A stretch of 64,000 nucleotides of DNA from positions 928,001-992,000 of the forward strand of contig CAVWLP010000003.1 of NCBI GenBank assembly GCA_963755915.1. Direction: 5' to 3'. This document shows positions 1-10,711 of this stretch, in pieces. Source of the stretch: an uncultured Phycisphaerales bacterium (lineage in GTDB: Bacteria > Planctomycetota > Phycisphaerae > Tepidisphaerales > Tepidisphaeraceae). How positions within the stretch are numbered: the stretch's first letter is position 1; each line of letters begins with the position of its first letter. Made by a program: the position numbers and the translations under genes. The notes below the pieces were generated by a model, which was given only the letters and a program-made list of their open reading frames with translations, did not search any database and was not told the DNA's origin.

Positions 1-720
1 GACATCCGCGGCGATTTGCATTGCCACACCACCGCATCCGATGGCCGGAACACCATCGAGCAAATGGCCGAGGCGGCGAAGGCGCGGGGGTATGAATTCC
101 TGGGAATCACCGATCATTCCAAAACTTCCGTCCTGGCCAACGGCCTGACCGCCGAGCGGCTGATGAAGCACGCGGCGGAAATCCGGCGCATTTCGGCCAA
201 AATGAGGGGAATTAGCCTCCTGGCCGGGTGCGAGGTGGACATCCTCGCCGACGGCCATCTGGATTTCGAGGATTCCGTGCTGAAGGAACTGGATTTCGTC
301 GTCGCCAGCCCGCACGTGGCGCTGAAGCAGGATGCGGAGAAGGGGACCGATCGGATTTTGCGGGCGATCGAAAATCGATATGTGAACATCATCGGGCATC
401 CAACCGGGCGATTGATTTTTGACCGCGAGGGGTTGCCGCTGAATTTCGGCAAGATCTTCAAGGCGGCGGCGGAGACGGGGACGGCGCTGGAAATCAACTC
501 GGCTTATCCGCGGCTCGATCTGAACGATGTGGCCGCTTATGGGGCGCTGAAGGCGGGGGTGAAATTGTCGATCGACACCGATGCCCACGGCATCGAGCAG
601 CTTGCCAACATGCGCTTCGGCATCTTCGTGGCGCAGCGGGCGTGGGCGACGGCCGCCGATGTGATCAACTGCATGACGCTGAAGAAGCTGACGGAATTCA
701 TCGCCAAAAAGCGCGGGTAG
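1..720 (+). CDS. polX: C-terminal PHP domain of DNA polymerase X/PHP protein (5' truncated by window edge)
   Basis: Frame open from base 1; PHP motifs GDLHCHT..SDG, ITDHS, GCEVDI, IIGHPTGR, LEINS, IDTDAH. Confidence 0.85.
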   Translation, partial: DIRGDLHCHTTASDGRNTIEQMAEAAKARGYEFLGITDHSKTSVLANGLTAERLMKHAAEIRRISAKMRGISLLAGCEVDILADGHLDFEDSVLKELDFVVASPHVALKQDAEKGTDRILRAIENRYVNIIGHPTGRLIFDREGLPLNFGKIFKAAAETGTALEINSAYPRLDLNDVAAYGALKAGVKLSIDTDAHGIEQLANMRFGIFVAQRAWATAADVINCMTLKKLTEFIAKKRG

Positions 721-732
721 AAATCTCAGGAT

Positions 733-777
733 AAGAAAAAGAAACGGACCGAAGGGGAGCCACCGCCCTCGGTCCGT
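733..777 (-). terminator. Intrinsic terminator
   Basis: Stem ACGGACCGA (744-752)/TCGGTCCGT (769-777) followed on the minus strand by TTCTTTTTCTT. Confidence 0.7.
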
Positions 778-798
778 GTGACAATCTCAGGTTTGTTA
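733..798 (-). ncRNA. Candidate small RNA (~65 nt)
   Basis: Lies between a minus-strand TTGACG-16-TATCTT promoter and an intrinsic terminator; no obvious ORF of its own. Confidence 0.4.
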
Positions 799-804
799 AG
801 CGCA

Positions 805-832
805 AAGATAACGCGCCGTTGCGATGCGTCAA
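805..832 (-). promoter_or_regulatory. Sigma70-like promoter
   Basis: -35 TTGACG (832-827), 16-nt spacer, -10 TATCTT (810-805). Confidence 0.5.
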
Positions 833-850
833 TATCCCCGGGCCAGAATT

Positions 851-1058
851 TCACGTTGGCGATGGCGGGGAAGAGCCGGAAGAAAAAATCGCGGGATCGA
901 CAATTTCGCGGCGCGGGACTCCGGTGCGTGCATCGGCGGCGAAGAATTCGAGCGGCTTTCGCGCGCCATCGGACTTGCGCGAGATATTTGATCGTCTCGT
1001 CATCGACCCGAAGAGCGAAGCGATCGCGAAGCAGTTGGTTCAATTCCCTTTCGTTCAT
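851..1058 (-). CDS. Small hypothetical protein (frameshift near 970)
   Basis: MNERELNQLLRDRFALRVDDETIKYLAQ joins another frame ..KPLEFFAADARTGVPRREIVDP.., ending at TGA 851-853. Confidence 0.5.
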
Positions 1059-1133
1059 GAAGGTTCGTTTTCACACCGGGCGCTTTCACGCCGAGCGATG
1101 TTCTTCTGCGCGAGTATAACGCGCCGGGGGATA

Positions 1134-1318
1134 AGAGCGATTTGCATCTGACCGTAGCGTCCGCGCCGCCTTCGGCGGCCCTTCGGGTTGCGTTCCAAGG
1201 GGTCGTCTGCGGCGTCATCGCTCCTCAGAGGGTCTATTCAAACCCGCTTCGTCGCTCTTCCTTGCATCCGACCCCTTGGAACGCAACGCAGACGCTACGG
1301 TCAGATGCAAAACGCTCT
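1134..1318. mobile_element. MITE-like palindromic element (185 bp)
   Basis: 28-bp terminal inverted repeats (1134-1161/1291-1318, 1 mismatch) plus a perfect inner 19-bp inverted pair (1187-1205/1269-1287); no transposase. Confidence 0.6.
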
Positions 1319-1322
1319 AAAA

Positions 1323-1350
1323 TTGACTGGGCGGAGGGGGCGGTTAGAAT
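1323..1350 (+). promoter_or_regulatory. Sigma70-like promoter of tRNA-Gly
   Basis: TTGACT-16 nt-TAGAAT, about 30 nt upstream of the tRNA. Confidence 0.65.
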
Positions 1351-1379
1351 TCGCGGAGTTGGAAATCGTATGAGGACGC

Positions 1380-1452
<73 letters not shown>

Positions 1453-1557
1453 TTTTCAATTATCGTTACAGGGGTTCATTTCGGCCTCATCTTCAGCTTG
1501 ATTTCTCGGGTGCCTGTAGTATTTGTTTGACATCCGGCCCCTGAAGCGATAAAGGCG

Positions 1558-1998
1558 GTGCTAATGAAGAAGGCAACTTCCCTCGCGAAATCCTTAAACG
1601 CGATCAACGCCCAATTGGAATTGCTGAGGAAGAAGAAAATCCAGGCCATCTTGCGCCCATTGCATCGGGAGCGCAAAAAGCTTTTATCGAGGCTCGATAA
1701 AATAGACCGGACGATCGGTAGCGCCCTGGGGGAAAGGAACGGAGCCAGTCAGCTTGCGATGAAGACGATCGCCAGGGGCCGCAAGCGAATTCGCCGCAGC
1801 GGAAATGAGCTGAAAAAAATCGCCGGTGGCGTCGTCGAGTTTATCAGGTCAAAAGGAACGGCCGGCGTCACTCCCGCCGAAATCAAGGCGGCCTTTGGCA
1901 AACTGCTTCCAAGCCCCCCGCAATTCGTGAAAAAGCACGCCGGTGTGCAACTGAAACGAAAAGGCCCCGCGAAGCGGCCGAGGTATTACCACGGCTAA
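1558..1998 (+). CDS. Highly basic hypothetical protein, possible nucleoid-associated protein
   Basis: 146 aa, K/R-rich; N-terminal coiled coil, basic linker, compact C-terminal domain. Confidence 0.6.
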   Translation: MLMKKATSLAKSLNAINAQLELLRKKKIQAILRPLHRERKKLLSRLDKIDRTIGSALGERNGASQLAMKTIARGRKRIRRSGNELKKIAGGVVEFIRSKGTAGVTPAEIKAAFGKLLPSPPQFVKKHAGVQLKRKGPAKRPRYYHG

Positions 1999-2052
1999 GG
2001 ATCCCATCAACCAATTGTTGCCAAACGCAACGCGAACAGTGGAGATGACCGA

Positions 2053-2295
2053 ATGAACGAGAACAAAAAGACAATCATCCGCCTGGCCCTTGGGCCCAAG
2101 GAGATGCGCAAGCTGGACGACGTCTGCGAAAAGCGCGGCATGACGCAAATCTCAGCCGTCTCGCGGATGGTGATGTGGCTGGCGCGCCAGGACCACGATA
2201 TCCAGACGGACATCCTCTCCCTCGGCTCGGACGATTCCTCCGACACCAAGCGCCTCAAGCTGCTTAAGCGGATTGCCGGTCAGTCGGCAAAGTAA
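2053..2295 (+). CDS. Ribbon-helix-helix-like small protein
   Basis: TIIRLAL strand followed by two helices (MRKLDDVCEKRGMTQISAVSRMV). Confidence 0.6.
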   Translation: MNENKKTIIRLALGPKEMRKLDDVCEKRGMTQISAVSRMVMWLARQDHDIQTDILSLGSDDSSDTKRLKLLKRIAGQSAK

Positions 2296-3232
2296 GCCGC
2301 GGCAAGGCGCTCTGGATCTGCTCGCGATACTTCTCGAGCCACGACGGAAGCATCAGCTTCGCGCCCATGCTTCGGCCGGTTGGTCGGCGGTGAAACCCGG
2401 ATTGTCCGTGGCGATCTCGAACAGCACGCCGCCCGGTTCACGATAATAGATCGAGTGGAAGTAGCAGCGGTCCATGACCGGCGAGACGTTGCGCCCGGCC
2501 ACTGCGATCGCATTGCGCCAATCCGCCTGGGCGGCGTCATCCGGCGCGGAAGGCGACGTGATGCACCACTCCCGCCCCCATCTCGCCCGGCTTGGCCGCC
2601 GGCGTGCAGAGGACATCGACGACCGATGCCAATCCCTCGCCCGCCCCCGTGCGGTATCGAAAGCGGTTCTGGTCGGCCCCTGCGTGGCGGAACTGCATCA
2701 GATTCGTCAGCAGCGACGCGGTTTTTTCGTACCCCTCCTCGACGAGAGTTACGCTGTGAAATCCCCGGATGGCGCGCTCCGGGGCGATTGAATCGATCCG
2801 CCACGGCTGCACTCCCGGCGTTGCCGCCGATTCGGCGAGTTCGAGCTGAAGCCCATCGGGATCGGAGAATTGGATGACGCGCTGCCCGAACCGATCCGGC
2901 GCCGGTTTGCTTTCGATGCCGCGCTCTTTCAGGCGGTCAGCCCAGAAATCGAGCGATTTCTCCGGAACGGCAAATGCCGTGGCCGCCACCTGCGGCGGGC
3001 CGATCTCCCCGCGATAAGCGCCGGGCCAAGCGAAGAACGTCAGGATCGTGCCGGGGTGACCCAGCTCGTCGCCGTAGTAGAGGTGATAGCTGCCGGGGTC
3101 GTCGAAATTCACGGTGAGCTTCACGAGCCGCAGGCCGAGCGTGCGGCAATAGAAGTCGATGTTCTTCTGCGGGTCGGAGCAGATGGCGGTGACGTGATGA
3201 ATTCCGGAAATGGGTTTGGGGGTGTTGGGCAT
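2264..3232 (-). CDS. Ring-cleaving dioxygenase, MhqO/MhqA-like VOC family (frameshifted)
   Basis: GIHHVTAI, TVNFDDPGSYHLYYG, VHHVAFR; continues in other frames as DRCYFHSIYYREPGGVLFEIATD and LMLPSWLE. Confidence 0.88.
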
Positions 3233-3282
3233 GGGGGCTCCGATATAAGACGCGGGACGCCGCGTAAACGCGGCCTAAACGG

Positions 3283-3939
3283 TTAGGATGCGAGTGCGAT
3301 AAGTAGTTGTTTGCAGGCATCCAGCTCGTCGTGGTTGATTGTATGCCCCATGCCAGGATATCGGCGCAATTCGACCGCGGTGCCCATGCCGGCCAGGACA
3401 TCCCGCGTATGTTGCACGCGCACGAAGGGGACGTGCGGATCGGGATCGCTGGCGCCCAGAAAAACCGGCGTGCCGTCGAGCGAGCCGGGATAATTTCGCG
3501 GCGTGCCCGGAGGCCCGATCAAACCGCCGGTGAGCGCCATCACTGCGGCGTACCGCCGGGGATTTCGGGCGACGAATTCGCAGCTCAGGCACGCCCCCTG
3601 CGAAAACCCCAGCAGGGCAAGCTTCTCCGCCGCAATTCCGCGGGAAATCACCTCGGAAACCATCGATTCGATCTGGGCCAGGGACCGGTCCAGAAACGGC
3701 TGATTGGCCGCCAGCGGGGCGAGAAACGAATTGGGATACCAGGTATTGCCCGGCGCCTGCGCCGCGACGGCGGCGAGGTGCGGCACGTCGAGCTCGCCAA
3801 AGAGTCCCATCATGTCTTCCGCGGATGCGCCGCGTCCGTGGATTAACACGATGGCCGCGCGAGCCTCTTCGATCGGCGTCCCTCCGAATACCGGCGGTGG
3901 ATAGTTCACTTTTTCGTTCCGCGCCCCCAAAGTTCTCAA
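3283..3939 (-). CDS. Phospholipase/carboxylesterase (alpha/beta hydrolase)
   Basis: HGRG, GFSQG nucleophile motif, DPHVP, GMGH. Confidence 0.88.
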   Translation of the reverse strand: MRTLGARNEKVNYPPPVFGGTPIEEARAAIVLIHGRGASAEDMMGLFGELDVPHLAAVAAQAPGNTWYPNSFLAPLAANQPFLDRSLAQIESMVSEVISRGIAAEKLALLGFSQGACLSCEFVARNPRRYAAVMALTGGLIGPPGTPRNYPGSLDGTPVFLGASDPDPHVPFVRVQHTRDVLAGMGTAVELRRYPGMGHTINHDELDACKQLLIALAS

Positions 3940-3967
3940 TATGAGTTCTCAATATGGGTTCTCAATA
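3931..3967. repeat. 13-bp tandem repeat, ~3 copies
   Basis: AGTTCTCAATATG-AGTTCTCAATATG-GGTTCTCAATA. Confidence 0.8.
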
Positions 3968-4447
3968 CCTGCGGGTGATTTCGGCAAGGAACCAAGTTCG
4001 CCGCTCGGTCTGGTCGATCCAGACCTCAAGCATGCTGGTCGTCGCGACATCGTTGTAGCGGTCGCAGGTTTCGTGGGCCACGCGCATCGATTGCGTCAGT
4101 TGCTGGTTGTCCCGGCAAAGCTCGGCAAGCATGTCGAGGGGGCCGACGTTTTCGGTGTCATTGTCCTTGAGGCGCTGGTGGCGGGCGATGTCGCCAATGG
4201 AACGGAGCGTGGTGCCGCCGATCTTTCGCGCCCGCTCGGCAACGTCATCGGTCATGGCAAATATCTGGTCGGAGTGCTCGTCGAGGAGCAGGTGATAATC
4301 GCGGAAATGGGGGCCGGTCATGTGCCAGTGAAAGTTCTTGGTTTTGACATATAGCGCGAAGACATCGGCGAGGAGTTCGCGCAGGGTTTTGGAGATTTCG
4401 ACGACGGCCTCTTTGCCGAGACCGGATTGGGGGTCGCTGATGCTCAT
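3962..4447 (-). CDS. dps: DNA starvation/stationary phase protection protein Dps
   Basis: KTKNFHWHMTGPHFRDYHLLLDE, DDVAERARKIG, ERRTWFL; RBS GAAGGAG upstream. Confidence 0.93.
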   Translation of the reverse strand: MSISDPQSGLGKEAVVEISKTLRELLADVFALYVKTKNFHWHMTGPHFRDYHLLLDEHSDQIFAMTDDVAERARKIGGTTLRSIGDIARHQRLKDNDTENVGPLDMLAELCRDNQQLTQSMRVAHETCDRYNDVATTSMLEVWIDQTERRTWFLAEITRRY

Positions 4448-4723
4448 GGTGCTCTCCTTCAAAATGGGTTTGGTCGGCCACTTTACCGCCAACCGTAGGA
4501 TGGGAAAACTGGAAAAGCGAGGGGGACGGAAATTTGTGCCACGGGTCATCGCGCGGTCGGCGGGCCGTTACCTCAATTACCTAAACAACCCAACAGTGCG
4601 CCGAACATCCGCTGTTCATCGAATCGATCTTTTTGCGCCGAAAGAAGTTTGCGCTGGGCGAGACTGTCGTGAACTCCGGCAGATTTCGGAGATTTTCTTG
4701 CGGGCTTCTACGATGCGGGCCGC

Positions 4724-5695
4724 ATGTTTATTGAAGCACTGGAATCCCGCACGTTTCTCTCCGTCGTCACGCTCACCGCGAACACGACCAAAATCCTCAC
4801 CCTCCAATCCGGCGAAACGCTCAACGGAAACGGGCACACCGTCGGAGGTGTGAGCGGATATGACGTCAGCAACGTCACTGTCGAAAATCTCAAAGTCAAC
4901 GGGAGCAAGGGGGATGGAATCGACATCGAATCCGACAAGGCCGGCGTCTCCGGCCTCACCATGAACAACGTCACCATTTGGGGTTTCAAATCCGGTTACG
5001 GGCTGTTCATCTATACCGTCGGCAAGGGAACATTTTCCAAGATCAGCCTCACCGACATCAACGCCTACAGCAACGGCCAGGCGGGAATCTCCACCTGGGG
5101 CCCGACCGAATCGATCACGCAGTTCTCGCTCACCGGCAGCGCCGCGTACAACAACGCCGGGCTTTCCAACGGCCAGGGACCGTCGGGCAGCGGAATCATG
5201 CTCGCGGGCGTCAACGGCGGGACCGTGCTGCAGTGCATCGCGTACGGGAATGGGGCGAACAACGATTCGTCGAGCGGACCGGTGGGAATCTGGGCCTACA
5301 ACTGCAACGCCATTACAATCACCCAGTGCTATAGCTACAACAACAAGACCGAGATGAACGATGGGGGCGGGTTTGATCTCGATGGCGGGGTCACGAATTC
5401 GACTGTGATCGAGTGCCAATCGTGGGGCAACGTGGGGTACGGTTTTGCGGACTTTGCCTATGCGGGCGGTGCCGCGAATTCGGGCAATTCATTTATCGAT
5501 AATACTTCGACGGCAGACGCCGAAGGATTCCTCTACTGGTCCGGCGGGCCGACGATCAGCAACCTTACCGTCAGCGGAAATCAGTTCATCGCCCCGACAT
5601 CCGGATATGCGATTGTGGAATATTCGGGGTCGCCGTATGTAAATATCAATTTCACATCGAATACCTACACCGCCCCGGTGCTGGTTTTAACGTAG
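4724..5695 (+). CDS. Secreted right-handed parallel beta-helix protein with planctomycete extracellular N-terminal motif
   Basis: MFIEALESRTFLS leader; N/G/S-rich beta-helix repeats; GPVGIWAY, DGGGFDLDGG. Confidence 0.8.
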   Translation: MFIEALESRTFLSVVTLTANTTKILTLQSGETLNGNGHTVGGVSGYDVSNVTVENLKVNGSKGDGIDIESDKAGVSGLTMNNVTIWGFKSGYGLFIYTVGKGTFSKISLTDINAYSNGQAGISTWGPTESITQFSLTGSAAYNNAGLSNGQGPSGSGIMLAGVNGGTVLQCIAYGNGANNDSSSGPVGIWAYNCNAITITQCYSYNNKTEMNDGGGFDLDGGVTNSTVIECQSWGNVGYGFADFAYAGGAANSGNSFIDNTSTADAEGFLYWSGGPTISNLTVSGNQFIAPTSGYAIVEYSGSPYVNINFTSNTYTAPVLVLT

Positions 5696-5837
5696 AGTTA
5701 ACAATACCCTCGCCAGAGGGGAAAAACCTGGGCGGAAAAAGACTTTGTAGTGCATCGCAGCCTTAGTTATACTTTGGGTGCGGTCATGGCCTTCTCGGTT
5801 GGCCGCGTCAGATCTAAAAGGGCTATTGGACAATTGG

Positions 5838-7335
5838 ATGCAACAGGTCTTGGAGCCCAGGTTCTCTTGCGGTGCGTGCGGCAAGACATTTAAGTGGAAG
5901 CCGGAAATTGCCGGCAAAAAGGGGAAGTGCGCCTGCGGGGCGTCGATCATGGTGCCGATGACGGCGCCGCAGCTTGCCGGGGCAAAGCCGCGGGTAATCG
6001 TAACGACGACGCCGGTCGTAAAGCGCGGTCCCGGTTACGGCGGTGGGGAAGAAATCCGCCGGACCGACCGCCGCACGCGCGCCGGTGGTTGCCGTGCCGG
6101 TGCTTAAATCACCGATATTAAAGCCCGCGATTCCCGCTCCCCCGCCGCCTGTTAAACCGCCGCCGCCTCCCCCGCCACCGCAGGAAGAAGAGGAGCAGAA
6201 CGAATATGACCTGGCGGATGGCATGTCGCACCTCGACTCGCTGCTGCCAACGCCGGAGGCCATCGCCGCCGCCGAGAGGGAAGCACCGCCGGCATTGCCC
6301 GCGGAGCCCGTCGCGGCCGAGCCGATCGAATATCAACGCCAGCGGAAAAAACCGAAAAAGCCGCGCGCCGAGCAATACGATCCCGAGACCGGCGAGCTTT
6401 CCGATCCGGTGAGGGATTACATCGTCCCCGCCGTATTGCTGGCCGCGTCGCTCTTCGGAATCGGCTTGTTCGTGACGCAACGCCTGGGAGCCGGTCCGCT
6501 GGCACAGCTTGCGATCTCGGTAATGTTTGCGTTCCTGCTCGGGCTCACGCTGGTCAGGACTTTGATTCTGACGTGCATTGCCATCCCACTGGCGACGTAT
6601 TGCGATATCGGGCTGGGACTTCTTCGATCGGCAATCCTCAAGATCGCCGCGACACTCCTCTTTAGCGGCGTGGCCATCATGCTCATGGACGCCGCCCTGC
6701 GCATGGCCGGAGTCACCGGCAGATACGGCGGTGGCCCCATCGAATGGCTCGCCAACATCTTCGGGCAAGTCGTCCTCTTCTATCTCTGCTTCTGGTATAT
6801 GTTCAGACTTTCCGGCGGTGGAATCGGATTTGCGATCCTGATGGCGATCGCTTCCTGGATCACGGACTTCCTGCTTGCGATCGCATTTGTGGCGTTGATC
6901 CTCTCGCTGGTCGTCACGCATATCCAACCCACCATGGCGAGCATTCCCGCCAGTCAGGCGCCGGTTTTCTTCGCCCCTGCCACGCCGGTGACGGCTCAGC
7001 CGGGCCAGAATTCGGCGACGATGATGGACGCCGTCATCTCCCAGCAGATTCACCTCAACCGCATGACCGAGGGTTACGCCTGGTGCCGCAACGGCAGGGC
7101 CGACGACGCGGACAAGAAACTGATCAGCGACATGTACAACTCGGGGGCGGACAAGGTTTATGTCGGCGGGCTCGCGACGATGTACGCCCAGTTGCCCACC
7201 GACCCCGCGAAGCGTCAGGCGTGCCTCGATGTCGCCCATGCGTTCCGCAAGAAATATGGCTTGCCGGACGATCCGTCCGTAAACAGCTTGAACTATCAAT
7301 ACATAGTGATCGATCTGATGGGCTCGCACAAATGA
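5838..7335 (+). CDS. Membrane protein with N-terminal zinc finger and Pro-rich linker (frameshift ~6040)
   Basis: CGACGK..KCACG; poly-Pro linker; about 6-7 hydrophobic helices; soluble C-terminal domain. Confidence 0.65.
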
Positions 7336-7455
7336 TCTCGCCCGGGGCAAGCGCCTGCTTATAGCTCCCCTCACCGCCCATTTTTCTCATTTGACTTCGT
7401 TTCTTCCCCGTCAATATAAACCGACTCATCGATCGATTTTTCACAGAAGGAGACC

Positions 7456-8492
7456 TTGATGCGATATCGTCTGCTTGGTTACAGCGGGCTTCGGGTTTCG
7501 GAAATCTGCCTGGGCACGATGACCTTCGGCGAAGACTGGGGATGGGGTGCCTCCAGGGACGACTCCCGCAAAATGTATGACGCCTACCGCGAGGCGGGGG
7601 GAAACTTTCTCGACACCGCCAACCTGTACACCATGGGCACCAGCGAAAAGTTCGTCGGTGAATTCATCCGCCCCCATCGGCAGGAAATCGTCCTGGCGAC
7701 GAAATACACCAACGCGGCCCCGTGCAAAGATGCCAATGCCGGAGGAAACCACCGCAAAAACATGGTGCAGGCGATCGAGGCAAGCCTCAAACGACTTGGC
7801 ACCGACTACATCGATCTCTACTGGCTGCACATCTGGGACCAGCTCACCCCGGTCGAGGAGGTCATGCGCGGATTTGATGATTTGGTCCGCGCCGGAAAAT
7901 CCTCTACGCGGGCGTCTCCGATTGTCCCGCCTGGTGGATCGCGCGGGGGAATACCATAGCCGAGCTGCGCGGCTGGACGCGGTTCGTCGCCCTGCAGATC
8001 GAATACAGCCTGATCGAGCGCACCGTCGAGCGCGAGCTTACCCCGATGGCGGAGGCACTTGGCCTGACGGTCACCGCCTGGTCGCCCCTCGCCGGTGGCG
8101 TTCTCTCGGGCAAATACCATTCCCCCGGCGAGGCGAAAGACGCTCGCTTCAGCAGCGACATGATGAAGCCGATGCAATCCTCCGGCCAGCGCACGGAAAA
8201 GATCGTTGCGGCCGTGAAACAGATCGCCCAGCAGCTCGGCCGCAGCCCGGCGCAGATCGCCATCGCCTGGCTGCTGCACCGCGATCAGCCGATCATCCCC
8301 ATCATCGGCACGCGAAAGATCAGCCAGCTTCACGACAATCTCGCGGCACTGGAAGTGAAGCTCAGCTCCGATCAACTTCGCCTGCTCAACGAAGTAAGCG
8401 CTGTGCCGCTGGGATTTCCGCACGAGTTTTACGCTTCGGAGCTGGTTCGCACGTTTGTCTATGGGGGAATGCGCGACAAGATCATCGCCTGA
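7456..8492 (+). CDS. Aldo/keto reductase (frameshift ~7900)
   Basis: GLRVSEICLGTMTFG, DTANLY, LATKY, DYIDLYWLH, WSPLAGGVLSGKY, PIIGTR. Confidence 0.92.
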
Positions 8493-8503
8493 CCTGGCGT
8501 GTT

Positions 8504-9815
8504 CTATAGTGATTCGAGCAGCAGCCGGGCCGCGCGCGCCGCTGGCGAGCGCCCCTGCCACGGTGCTGGCCTGGCCGGACGTGTCGATCGCTTCACCGGC
8601 GAAAAAGAGGGTGTTGTCGATCGGCTTCGCCAGCTTATTTCGCGCCGGCATCCCCCCCACCGCCACGTAGCTGTACGCCCCCCGTGAAAACGGATCGGTG
8701 CTCCAGTCGTGGCTGTAGAATGCTTCGGTCATCGATGCCAGTTGCCGCCGCGGAATCTTGAGTAAATCTGACAATGAACTTAACGCCGTCTCCTGAAGCC
8801 GCCGCTTGGAAATCCCGGCAAGTGCGATCGCCTTGGGCCCGCCAACCCAGGCGGTCAGCACGGGAACACGCAGGGGGCGCAACGTCCACCACGTTGGAAT
8901 CGGGGCGTCGGTATCGTGTATGAAAGCGGCGTCGCGAAGTTTCTTGTCCCTTGAATTTTCCCAAAACGCCTCCCGAAATCGGAAGATGCCTTTGACAACA
9001 GATCCGAAGGCAAGGCCCATTGACGTCTCCCTCCACTGCGCAATATCCGGTGCAAACCGGATCGAGCCTTTGGCCTCCGGGGGAAGCTGAAGGATTCCGA
9101 GGGGCAGAGTTATGAGCACGCGTCTGCCTCGGACCACGTTTCGGGAATTCGCCAGCCGTACCTCGACTTTGGATTTGCCCCAGCGGATTTCCGAAACCGC
9201 CGCTCCCAGCCGAAACTTAATGCGCCTCGGATCACAACACCGCCGCAGAAAATCGACCAGCGAAACGTACCCGTCCTTCAAACGAAATTGCGTTTCATCC
9301 CCCACGTCGCCGATTCCCGCCTGTTCCTCGGCCAGCGATTTGGCGCTGATCCGCTCGGGATCGGCCGCATCAAACCCCTCGACGAAGCTGACGGCAAATC
9401 GCCGCGCTTCCGGACGCGCGTGCCGCGATTCATGTTCCCGCAGATAATCCGCGAAGCTTTTATCCTCCCTGCCCAGGTGGACCAGCCCGCCCATGATCTT
9501 GCCAAGCTCAGCATCGATGTTCGCAAGCTCGACGAGTCTCCCGCGCCGGCGCTGCTGATGATCGAACGGCAAATCCATCGCGACCAGCCCTGCTTCACGA
9601 ATCAGCTTCCACGTCGCGTCCGGCCGGCCGTGAATGAATTCCGCTCCAAGCTCGATGGGAATTTGCAGCTTGGGATCGCGGAGCGTATGGATTCGCCCCC
9701 CGATCCGATTCCGCGCTTCCAGGACAATCGCGCGATGCCCCGCATCCGACAATGTCTTCGCCGCCACGAGCCCTGCCGCCCCGGCGCCGACGATAATCAC
9801 CGCTGCATTCTTCAC
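8504..9815 (-). CDS. Flavin monoamine oxidase family FAD-dependent oxidoreductase
   Basis: GAGAAGL, EARNRIGGRI, ELGAEFIHG, RGAYSY, FFAGEA, TVAGALASG; true stop probably 8504 after a late frameshift. Confidence 0.88.
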
Positions 9816-9842
9816 CAGCCCCGCAGATTACCCGCCATCCGC

Positions 9843-10400
9843 TTATCTCCGCCACCACAATTCCGCCAGCGGAATGTCCAGATCGAGAAACGGCGGTAAG
9901 CGCACGATATCGTCTTTCTTTCCATGCCCCGTCGCGCGGTATTTGCTCCCAGAGAGTTTAAATCCTTCGATCGTTTCCGCATCGGGATCGACAATCCAGT
10001 AGTGGGCGACCTTCCCTTTTTCATACTGTTTGAATTTCTGCTTGCGATCCACCGCCACGCTGGATGGGCTGACGATTTCAACGCATAAATCTGGCGGGCC
10101 TTCCATTGCCTTGCGGCCGACGAGATGCAATCGGCCTTTTGCAAAATAAATCAGGTCGGGACGGCGAACGTCGTGCTCGCCGAATATCGTGTCGACGTCG
10201 CCAAACAAAGCGCCCAAATCGCGGTCTCGAATGTGCAGTCTAAGAATTCCAGTTAAACTACGATCGGCAAATGAATGCATTGGTTCCGGGCTTGGGCTCA
10301 CCTTCACCTCCCCATCGACGAGTTCAAGGCGCACACCCGGCGGGTCCTGGCCGAGCTGGAGGAATTGCCGCGCCGACATCTTGATCGTTCCCAGCGTCAC
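9843..10400 (-). CDS. Uma2 family endonuclease
   Basis: ELVDGEV..SPSP..H, RPDL, GPPDLCVEIVSPS, YWIVDP; start uncertain. Confidence 0.88.
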   Translation of the reverse strand: MTLGTIKMSARQFLQLGQDPPGVRLELVDGEVKVSPSPEPMHSFADRSLTGILRLHIRDRDLGALFGDVDTIFGEHDVRRPDLIYFAKGRLHLVGRKAMEGPPDLCVEIVSPSSVAVDRKQKFKQYEKGKVAHYWIVDPDAETIEGFKLSGSKYRATGHGKKDDIVRLPPFLDLDIPLAELWWRR

Positions 10401-10711
10401 AACGGATATTGTACCGGTAGTTCCACCTAATCCGAGCGCTGGTGCAGATAACACTCGCGCTTCCCCCATTTGCCACTTATAAACAGGCAAAATCGCTCAA
10501 TTTCCCCACGTTTCCCACAATCGGCCATTTTCAGCGCATCTCCTGCCCCGGCCCCCCACGGCGCAGCGGCCGCATGCGAATAACGCGGTGCGTGCGCCGG
10601 ATAAACGGCCCCTTGCCTCCGCCCCCTTAAGCTTTTCGACCGGGGATTGCTTCAAGGAATTAAGACGATAGACCGATTCTTCGCACGTTCAAGCGAAGGG
10701 AAGACCAAACT

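Noticed and set aside
7818-8503. C-terminal extension of the amine oxidase overlapping the aldo/keto reductase
   Set aside because: Artefact of a frameshift near 8530; the other frame ends RAARLLLESL* at 8504
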